From an uncultured Gammaproteobacteria bacterium (GTDB taxonomy: Bacteria; Patescibacteriota; Patescibacteriia; Magasanikbacterales; GWA2-37-8), in the NCBI GenBank assembly GCA_964407865.1, contig CAYOXC010000002.1:38978-102977 (forward strand): a stretch of DNA of 64,000 nucleotides, in the 5' to 3' direction. Shown one piece after another: positions 38,333-45,173 of the stretch. Made by a program: the position numbers and the translations under genes. Each line of letters opens with the position of its first letter. The first letter of the stretch is position 1. The notes under the pieces were generated by a model. The model was not told the DNA's origin, did not search any database, and was given only the letters and a program-made list of their open reading frames with translations.

Positions 38333-38743
38333 ATGCAAGCTCACCTAGTGGACGATTTGCTGGTGAGGGCTTTTGGGCGCAACCGAGTGAGCCAGACGAG
38401 AGATGGGCGCTCCGAAGTCCCAAACTGTAACTACCCGCTCTTCTGTGCGAGGATCCAGTTGGAGGATGCTGCCAGCATGGAGGTCAGTTTCGGGTTCCAT
38501 CACCCGGCACTATCGCTGTATTCCGTCCCGTGCTGGAATGTAGGGTGCTACATCCCCGGTGGGAACGGCATCTCTATCGTGATGATGGAGGATGTGAAAG
38601 AGTGCGATGGTATGGACGCGTTACAACGATGGGTAGCCGTAGCTGCGACGTTGAAGACGAGACACATTCGGCAGCTGACAGAATTGTCGCCCTTCGTCGC
38701 GACGTTCGAGCAATTCGTGGGGGTTGTCGAGGGCGCCCACTGA
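38333..38743 (+). CDS. GC-rich hypothetical protein (136 aa)
   Basis: GGGAGGAG RBS. The start is taken at the internal ATG of ORF 38255-38743. GC is well above the genome background. Confidence 0.45.
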   Translation: MQAHLVDDLLVRAFGRNRVSQTRDGRSEVPNCNYPLFCARIQLEDAASMEVSFGFHHPALSLYSVPCWNVGCYIPGGNGISIVMMEDVKECDGMDALQRWVAVAATLKTRHIRQLTELSPFVATFEQFVGVVEGAH

Positions 38744-39011
38744 CCCCAGCTCCTTTACGTTGGAACCGCCGCAACTCATCACCGTCTGTGTGGAGAGAAG
38801 CGGCGGTTCCACACAGATACTTTGTAGAAATTGAGAGGCCCAATTGGCTTTCAGAAAAGGACAATTCAAAATCAAAAAGAAAATTGTTGTTTGCGTAACC
38901 GCACACTCGGTGTTGTACGACAGTTCCGACGGGTAAACAGTTAAAAGTTCGTTTCAAAGACGTGCTTTTTTGTTTGCAAAACCTTTCAATTCTCCTTAAA
39001 TACTAGTCGGA

Positions 39012-39118
39012 ATTTCATATAACGTTAGGGATATACGAAGTTTTTCTGGAATGACAGTGGAAGAAAAATTTGGGTGAGGGGCGAGCCGAGCCCCGAACCG
39101 TATATCCCTTGTTATACG
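39012..39118. repeat. Palindromic-element family member B (complete). M arm is ATTTCATATAACGTTAGGGATATACGAAGTT; M' arm is CGAACCGTATATCCCTTGTTATACG.
   Basis: TATAAC/GTTATA and GGGATATACG/CGTATATCCC inverted pairs with unequal spacers. Internal GGGGC-GAGCCGA-GCCCC hairpin. Confidence 0.8.
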
Positions 39119-39180
39119 CCCCGACGACTGAAAGGAGGAGAGCGCAGCGTGGTCGAGCGAAACTAAGTGGAGCGAAGAAG

Positions 39181-39194
39181 TTGCACCCTAGCCC
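39181..39194. repeat. Left 14-bp perfect inverted repeat (TTGCACCCTAGCCC) bracketing the membrane-protein gene
   Basis: Its reverse complement GGGCTAGGGTGCAA is at 39982-39995. Confidence 0.8.
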
Positions 39195-39937
39195 GAAACT
39201 TCACTTTTTTTTGTGCTATCAAAATTAATAAAAAATATTACTGATACAACTGTAAAGTATGCCAACAAGAAATCTGTAAAACTATCTAAAAGAATTTCAA
39301 AAATTGATATTACAAAATTTTCAGGAAGAAATCCTAGGATAATTCCTTCTACAAACCCAATGCTTAAAGAAGCTATGAGTGTTAAGATTCCAAAAATTAG
39401 AGAATATCCTAAGACTTTCCACCATCTACCCCTAACGATACTTTTAGAATAATCTAATGCATTCTTTCCAGATTTGTCATGGAGTATTACAACATATATC
39501 ACAAATATCCAATATACATAATATATCACTCCGGGAACGATTAGTAATAATGTTAGCCCTAACAAAAATATGCCTAATATTATATTGGTCCCTATTGCGG
39601 CAGGCCATCTGGATAATGATTTTTTAAGAGCTTCTTTAAAATTTATGGTTTTACCATCTATTTTCTGTTTCACTATGTAAGCAATTGCCATAGTTGCAAT
39701 TATTCCGATAAGCCCCTCTAAAATCTGGATTATTTTCATATAGATTCTAAATCCCTGTATTCCACCCATCTGTTCTAGTAATGCATCAAATGGCACAAAA
39801 AACAAAATAATATTAATAGGAATATAGATAGCCAAAGTTACAAGTAATATTAACTGAAACTTTTGTATAAATTTCTTCCACGATTCTGAAAGAATTTGTC
39901 CGATTGAGTATTCTTTTTTATAGATTTCTTGGTTCAT
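39188..39937 (-). CDS. Polytopic membrane protein (DUF975 / glycerophosphodiesterase-membrane-domain-like); paralog of 61360-62121
   Basis: Shares the SGRWWK(I/V)L motif and TM layout with the 61360 ORF. Confidence 0.55.
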   Translation of the reverse strand: MNQEIYKKEYSIGQILSESWKKFIQKFQLILLVTLAIYIPINIILFFVPFDALLEQMGGIQGFRIYMKIIQILEGLIGIIATMAIAYIVKQKIDGKTINFKEALKKSLSRWPAAIGTNIILGIFLLGLTLLLIVPGVIYYVYWIFVIYVVILHDKSGKNALDYSKSIVRGRWWKVLGYSLIFGILTLIASLSIGFVEGIILGFLPENFVISIFEILLDSFTDFLLAYFTVVSVIFFINFDSTKKSEVSG

Positions 39938-39981
39938 ATTTTTTATTAATGTTAATGGTTATATAAAGTTTATCTATTTAA

Positions 39982-39995
39982 GGGCTAGGGTGCAA
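39982..39995. repeat. Right 14-bp perfect inverted repeat (GGGCTAGGGTGCAA)
   Basis: Exact reverse complement of 39181-39194. Confidence 0.8.
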
Positions 39996-40000
39996 TTGCA

Positions 40001-40068
40001 CAACGTTTCGCGATATCCGACTTTTCGTAGAAATGTGGCTTTAGCCTTTAAGGATATCGCGTGTTAGG
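40001..40068. repeat. Palindromic-element family member F (AACGTTTCGCGATATCC ... GGATATCGCGTGTTAGG)
   Basis: AACGTT core and ATATCC/GGATAT inverted arms; flanked by two GGCTTTAGCC copies. Confidence 0.6.
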
Positions 40069-40197
40069 CAAGGCTTTAGCCCTTGAGTTTTCTTTTTAAA
40101 AATTATTTTGCGTCGTCGGATTGACACAAAACCTTTTATATGCTTATATTACAATACGTTCACGACCAAATCAATCATTCAATACAGGAGGTGTGAT

Positions 40198-40437
40198 ATG
40201 ACATTCAATCGTGCGGTACATATGTATGGTGATAAGTTGCAACCGTATGCCATATCAATGTGTGTTCTTTTATTTGGAACAGGCTGGATATGCGGGAAAT
40301 ATTGGGAAATGGGCTTTGGCAATATTTTCCCTCGCGTATTGGCTCTTTTCATCGTTGTTCATTTCATCGACGCAATCGTCAAAAGTGCAATCTTCGCCAA
40401 AGCCCATTTCAGGCTCACATTAACTTGTAAGGACTAG
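40198..40437 (+). CDS. Small membrane protein (80 aa)
   Basis: AGGAGG RBS before the internal ATG of ORF 40108-40437. Two TM helices. A terminator follows. Confidence 0.5.
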   Translation: MTFNRAVHMYGDKLQPYAISMCVLLFGTGWICGKYWEMGFGNIFPRVLALFIVVHFIDAIVKSAIFAKAHFRLTLTCKD

Positions 40438-40464
40438 GGGTTGAAGTTTGCCGGCATTCTCGTG

Positions 40465-40495
40465 GGTCACCGGAAGTATCGGTGACCTTTTTTAT
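40465..40495 (+). terminator. Rho-independent terminator
   Basis: GGTCACCG-GAAGTAT-CGGTGACC stem plus T6. Confidence 0.7.
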
Positions 40496-40528
40496 TTACT
40501 CAAGCAAAAAATAATTTTTTAAAAGAAA

Positions 40529-40601
40529 ATTTCGCCTAACGTTTAGGAATATCAGAAGTTGCGCCTGTGTTTATTGGCTAAAACTTCAAATATCCGCTAT
40601 C
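40529..40601. repeat. Palindromic-element family member C (ATTTCGCCTAACGTTTAGGAATATCAGAAGTTGCGCC ... AACTTCAAATATCCGCTATC)
   Basis: GGAATATCAGAAGTT / AACTTCAAATATCC inverted arms; CCTAACGTT core. Confidence 0.75.
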
Positions 40602-40740
40602 TAAATTATATCACTAAACAATGATTATCGTCAGCGCAATTTGGGAGAAAAAAATTTGCATACCTTGAATATAATTGAGCAAATTTTTTGAACCTGATAT
40701 TCTTTGTTATCTGATGTAAAAATTTTTTAATTCACTTTTA

Positions 40741-41547
40741 TCAAATAGTGTTAGATTTTATTATCTCCAATAACTTAGCATGTAGAGCCGGAGACGTTGC
40801 AAGAAAAGTAAAATTGTCTTGTGGTCGAGAAAGGGCATTTGAATAATCAATAGCATTTCCGAAAAAATCAGTGTAAATTCCACCTGCTTCCTCGATTATT
40901 ATTTGTTGGGCGACATTATCCCATATTTTGCTGGTGCGATTTAAAAAAGCGCCATAATTTCCTCGTGCTACCATCGCAATATCAAAGACGCTATTGCTCG
41001 TTCGCAGGTTTCTGATGTTTAAAACTATTTCGGCCAAAAGCGCGCACTCGTCTCGCGTAAATTTTGGATTTTCCTGGTGACCATCAATTCCGTAGGCTAC
41101 AAGCATTTTTTTCAAATCGCTTTCCTTGGCGACACTGATTTTTTCGGAATTACAATATGCACCTTGCCCTTTCTCGGCCACATAAATTTCGGAAAAGCTG
41201 GGCAAGGCTAGACCGCCCGCAATCGGAATGCCATCTTTTAATAATCCAAGCATCGTTCCATATAGCGGCGTTCCGTTGGCAAAGTTGCTGGTACCATCAA
41301 TCGGATCAATCACCCAAGTGAAATTGGAACCGTTATCAATAACGCCTGCCTCTTCATCGATGATATTATGCTCTGGAAAACTGCCCTTGATTTTCTTAAT
41401 CAACAAAGTTCCAATTTCAATGTCAGTTTCAGTGAGAACCTGATTGTTGTCATCTTCTTTGGTGGTGCCAGCAACTTTGCCAAAACTTTTTCTTGCAACG
41501 TCGGAGGCTTCTTTCAAAGATTGCGTTATAAAATTCTTATATTCCAT
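40741..41547 (-). CDS. Inositol monophosphatase / FBPase family protein
   Basis: WVIDPIDGTSNF signature and downstream metal-binding Asp residues. Confidence 0.8.
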   Translation of the reverse strand: MEYKNFITQSLKEASDVARKSFGKVAGTTKEDDNNQVLTETDIEIGTLLIKKIKGSFPEHNIIDEEAGVIDNGSNFTWVIDPIDGTSNFANGTPLYGTMLGLLKDGIPIAGGLALPSFSEIYVAEKGQGAYCNSEKISVAKESDLKKMLVAYGIDGHQENPKFTRDECALLAEIVLNIRNLRTSNSVFDIAMVARGNYGAFLNRTSKIWDNVAQQIIIEEAGGIYTDFFGNAIDYSNALSRPQDNFTFLATSPALHAKLLEIIKSNTI

Positions 41548-41573
41548 ATTAAAAAGTGAATTAAAAAATTTTT

Positions 41574-41727
41574 ATTTCAGCTAACGAATCCGAATATACG
41601 AAGTTCGGAATTTATTTTAGAGTATAATTTTGCGGAGCAATACTCTAATATAAATTTCGAATTTACGCGAGGTAGCGGAGCGAACGCGGAGCGTTAAGTC
41701 GAGCCGTATATTCGGTGTTATCGGATG
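41574..41727. repeat. Palindromic-element family member D (complete). M arm is ATTTCAGCTAACGAATCCGAATATACGAAGTTCGG; M' arm is CGAGCCGTATATTCGGTGTTATCGGATG.
   Basis: CCGAATATACG/CGTATATTCGG and TAACG.ATCCG/CGGAT.GTTAT inverted pairs; about 150 bp overall. Confidence 0.8.
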
Positions 41728-41731
41728 TAAA

Positions 41732-42106
41732 TTAAATTTTTATGCTTAAATGCTTCCGTATTTTATCATCAAGTGAGAAGTCTTTTATTTTTCCAGGCTT
41801 TTGCAATAGATTTTCAAAACCCATCTTATTATATCGCGGCACTAAATGCCAATGAACTTGTTTTGCTTCGTCCATGTATAACAGATAGACTTTTTTGACC
41901 CCCAACACTTCCAACATTGCATTCCTGATTTCATTCACTCTTTTCATTAAATACTCGTAGTTTTTTTTGGTAAGTAAATGTAAATCAGTTATTTTATCCT
42001 TCCAGACAACAACTGTATGTCCATCTACAATCGGTTCATTGGCTAAACAGGCATAAAGTTTTTCATCCTCATATATAATTGCATTTTTGTATGGCTTTGG
42101 AAGCAT
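41732..42106 (-). CDS. HIT family (histidine triad-like) hydrolase
   Basis: VHWHLVPR HIT-like motif near the C-terminus. Confidence 0.6.
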   Translation of the reverse strand: MLPKPYKNAIIYEDEKLYACLANEPIVDGHTVVVWKDKITDLHLLTKKNYEYLMKRVNEIRNAMLEVLGVKKVYLLYMDEAKQVHWHLVPRYNKMGFENLLQKPGKIKDFSLDDKIRKHLSIKI

Positions 42107-42209
42107 AAAAATTTAATTTATTCCCGATAACTACTGATAAACGAACTTGTTGTTTTTTTGGCTTAAAACCTCTAAAATATAGGGGTTAATTTTAATTCAT
42201 AGAGGGGGT

Positions 42210-43052
42210 ATGAATGAAAGTCATCGCTTTCCCAGCCAGGATCCGATGGTTAAATTGCGACAAGAGATGAAACTACGCAATTTTAGCCAAAAAACCATCA
42301 AGAGTTACCTGTATTATATTGGCGATTGCCTTAAAAAGTCAAATAAACAAGCGCGCATGATCAGCGGTAGCGATGTGCGCAACTATCTTGAGAGTTTGGC
42401 TGATTCCGGCATGTCTTCTTCGACATTAAATATCGCGCATAGCGCCCTTCGATTTTATTTTCAAATTATTTTGCGTCGGAAGTTTTTTTCTGATATTCCG
42501 CGGGCGTGCAAAGAAAAACATTTGCCTGCCGTATTATCCAAAGAAGAAGTGGTAAAAATGGTTTTGTCACTAAAAAATCCAAAGCATAACTGCATTTTAT
42601 CTTTATTGTATGGCACAGGGGTTAGGGTGAGCGAACTAACCCATATTAAAATGCGAGATATTGATTTTGATAGGAGTGTACTGCGCGTATTTCAGGGTAA
42701 GGGCAAGAAAGACCGGTTCACACTTTTGCCGAAATCGCTTAGAGAGGTTTTGTTAAAACAAAGAAATTTAAAAAAACCTGGTGATTATTTATTTACAAAT
42801 GGTCGTGGCGGGCGATTGACAGAGGCGACAATCCAGAAGATTGCGAGGTTAGCCGCAAAGCGAGCTGGTATTCAAAAAAATGTTACACCTCATACATTGC
42901 GGCACAGTTTTGCTACGCATTTGCTTGAAAATGGTACAGATATCAGGTATATTCAAGAATTATTAGGGCATGCCAAACTTCAAACCACGCAGATATATAC
43001 TCATGTGGCAAATAATGATTTAAAACATATTACCAGTCCGTTAGATTTATGA
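42210..43052 (+). CDS. Tyrosine site-specific recombinase (XerC/XerD/phage-integrase family), 280 aa
   Basis: N-terminal SAM-like core-binding domain. Catalytic R (GVRVSEL), K (GKGKKDR), HxxR (HTLRHSF), H (LLGH) and Y (IYTHV). Confidence 0.85.
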   Translation: MNESHRFPSQDPMVKLRQEMKLRNFSQKTIKSYLYYIGDCLKKSNKQARMISGSDVRNYLESLADSGMSSSTLNIAHSALRFYFQIILRRKFFSDIPRACKEKHLPAVLSKEEVVKMVLSLKNPKHNCILSLLYGTGVRVSELTHIKMRDIDFDRSVLRVFQGKGKKDRFTLLPKSLREVLLKQRNLKKPGDYLFTNGRGGRLTEATIQKIARLAAKRAGIQKNVTPHTLRHSFATHLLENGTDIRYIQELLGHAKLQTTQIYTHVANNDLKHITSPLDL

Positions 43053-43513
43053 AAGAAGAATTTGTTTTAGTTTTGCCGGATATAAGAAGCGCTCACAATG
43101 TTGGCGCTATGTTTAGAACTGCCGACGGCGCAGGGGTGGATAAGATATATTTGTGCGGATATACCGCCAGCCCACCTCACACTCAACTGGACAAGGTGTC
43201 TTTAGGAGCTGAAAAATGGCTGCCCTGGGAGTATTGTAAGCAAACTTGGCGGCTCCTCGCCGAACTTAAAGAAAAAGGGTATAATATAGTGGCGCTGGAG
43301 AAGACGGAAAAAAGCCGTGATTTATTCAGCTTTAAGCCAAAATTTCCCTTAGCCTTAGTGGTGGGAAATGAAAAAACCGGGGTGACAAAAAGTTTACTAA
43401 AATATTGCCAAAGCGCTGTTCATATACCGATGAAAGGAAAAAAGAGCAGTTTAAATGTCAGCGTGGCTGCAGGTGTTGCTTTATACCAATTGACGAAAAA
43501 ATCCAAAAAATAA
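43049..43513 (+). CDS. SpoU/TrmH-family RNA 2'-O-methyltransferase (TrmL-like)
   Basis: SPOUT knot motifs (VVGNEKTGV, SLNVSVAAGVALY). Overlaps the recombinase stop by 4 bp. Confidence 0.7.
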   Translation: MKEEFVLVLPDIRSAHNVGAMFRTADGAGVDKIYLCGYTASPPHTQLDKVSLGAEKWLPWEYCKQTWRLLAELKEKGYNIVALEKTEKSRDLFSFKPKFPLALVVGNEKTGVTKSLLKYCQSAVHIPMKGKKSSLNVSVAAGVALYQLTKKSKK

Positions 43514-43521
43514 ATTTACCT

Positions 43522-44247
43522 ATGCCTAAACACACCCTATCTATATTTCGCATTATTATGGCCAATTTACCGCCGCTTTTTCCGCGGGATATTAGCGATA
43601 AAATGAAAAATGCCTTGGAACAATTGGAAAATGATCCGCGAGCAACATTGAAAATGGCCGAAGACATGATGGTAAAATTTGGCTATGATCTCTGGCCATG
43701 GAATGAAGCGTATAAAGAATTTTTAGTTTCTGTTGAAGGGCGTTTGGGCGAACATTTTTTACTTTCACATTTATCTGCTGAACTCGGGGCTAATTATATT
43801 AAATATCAGAAATACGGATTAAGCTGGAAAGATTTATATAGTGGACGGGCGGCACAATATTTTACTCCTGAAGAAAGGCCGGAGTTAACCAAAGCGCTTT
43901 TTAAAACAAAAAATGATCTGCTTAGGTTTAATGACCAAGAAATATTAAGTTTGCATAAGGAGAAATACATCAAACGGGTTGAAGAGTTTAAGGTGATCTT
44001 AGAAAAAATAAAATCAATAATATTAAGTTTAAGGCAAATGGCTGACGAAGAAGAATATCATCCTGTGCTTGCTGATGAAATCAGGGAAAGAGCCAAGTTT
44101 TTTGAAATGGGCCTTTGCCTTTTGGCGCCAAGTTTTTCAGTTGACGAAGCGACGAGAGCTCTGGAATTTTTTGGTGAGCGAAAATACCATTTAAATATGA
44201 TGCGTGGCATTGAAAAGCCGGCTGAAATAGATATATACAACAGTTAA
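43522..44247 (+). CDS. Hypothetical protein (242 aa)
   Basis: Internal ATG of ORF 43405-44247, immediately after the TrmH stop. Confidence 0.45.
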   Translation: MPKHTLSIFRIIMANLPPLFPRDISDKMKNALEQLENDPRATLKMAEDMMVKFGYDLWPWNEAYKEFLVSVEGRLGEHFLLSHLSAELGANYIKYQKYGLSWKDLYSGRAAQYFTPEERPELTKALFKTKNDLLRFNDQEILSLHKEKYIKRVEEFKVILEKIKSIILSLRQMADEEEYHPVLADEIRERAKFFEMGLCLLAPSFSVDEATRALEFFGERKYHLNMMRGIEKPAEIDIYNS

Positions 44248-44253
44248 CTTCTT

Positions 44254-44775
44254 ATGCCAAAAAAGATTTTATTAATTATCGCACACGAAGATTTTCAACC
44301 GGTTGAATACTATTCTACCAAGGCTGTTTTGGAACAATCGGGGATGGAAGTGCTAACAGCGAGTGACGGAGCAGGCGAAGCTAAAGCGGCGCATAATGGA
44401 ATGCCAGCTAAAATTGATGTAAATTTATCCGAGGCAAAAGCCAGTGATTGCGATGGTTTGTTTATCGTCGGTGGTTCAGGGGCTTTGGAGCATTTGGACA
44501 ATGAAGTAGTTTATAATTTAATGCGACAGGCTGAGTCTGTCGGCAAGCTCTGGGGTGCGATTTGTATTGCTCCTAGAATTTTAGTTCAAGCCGGACTCTT
44601 AAAAGATAAAAAAGCGACCGGCTGGGACGGCGATGATGAGCTTGGTGGTATTTTAAAAAATGCCGGCGCTGAATATGTTAAAGAAGAAGTCGTGGTTGAT
44701 GGTAATTTAATTACCGCCACAGGCCCAAAAGCAGCGGAAGCTTGGGGTCAAGCGATAGCTAACTTGTCTAAATAA
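44254..44775 (+). CDS. DJ-1/PfpI family protein
   Basis: Nucleophile elbow GAICIAP with the conserved Cys. Confidence 0.75.
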   Translation: MPKKILLIIAHEDFQPVEYYSTKAVLEQSGMEVLTASDGAGEAKAAHNGMPAKIDVNLSEAKASDCDGLFIVGGSGALEHLDNEVVYNLMRQAESVGKLWGAICIAPRILVQAGLLKDKKATGWDGDDELGGILKNAGAEYVKEEVVVDGNLITATGPKAAEAWGQAIANLSK

Positions 44776-44776
44776 T

Positions 44777-45034
44777 ATGAATAAGGTATTCTGGGTACTG
44801 GCAGTAGGTTTTTTTCTTATCGGTGGTTATACGATTTTAACCGTATATTCAAAAATTGCCGGTACGCCCAAGGCGATAGTATTTAACTGCCCAGAACATT
44901 CGCTAGAAGATAAGTGTATTATTCAGGATTCATTCAATCGTTTTTTAGACAGAATATTGCCGGACAAAAACGTTCAATTAATCGAGAAGTTTTCGCCTAC
45001 ACCAATGACAGACGAAGACGATTTGTCTGGGTAA
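44777..45034 (+). CDS. Small membrane protein (85 aa)
   Basis: Single N-terminal TM helix. Confidence 0.4.
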   Translation: MNKVFWVLAVGFFLIGGYTILTVYSKIAGTPKAIVFNCPEHSLEDKCIIQDSFNRFLDRILPDKNVQLIEKFSPTPMTDEDDLSG

Positions 45035-45173
45035 CAGAGGTTTGGTTAAAGTTTTGTCCACAGCGTTGAAAATTGGCTAAAACAAGGGGGAAATAAGCCT
45101 TGTTTTTTGTTTGCTTAAAAGGATAAAAAATTGGTATAATGATTTTTCAAAATACTATATTTGCTATGAATTT

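Noticed and set aside
38018-41727. Interpreting the palindromic elements as dif or Xer sites or as simple terminators
   Set aside because: They are much longer (70-150 bp) than the 28-bp dif site and are present in five or more copies. Several lie upstream of genes or lack U-runs. The terminators in the region are separate, shorter hairpins.
42210-43052. Calling the recombinase a classical integron integrase (IntI)
   Set aside because: At 280 aa it is too short to contain the IntI-specific additional segment, and it is translationally coupled to a housekeeping-type methyltransferase. It is kept only as integron-like or Xer-like.
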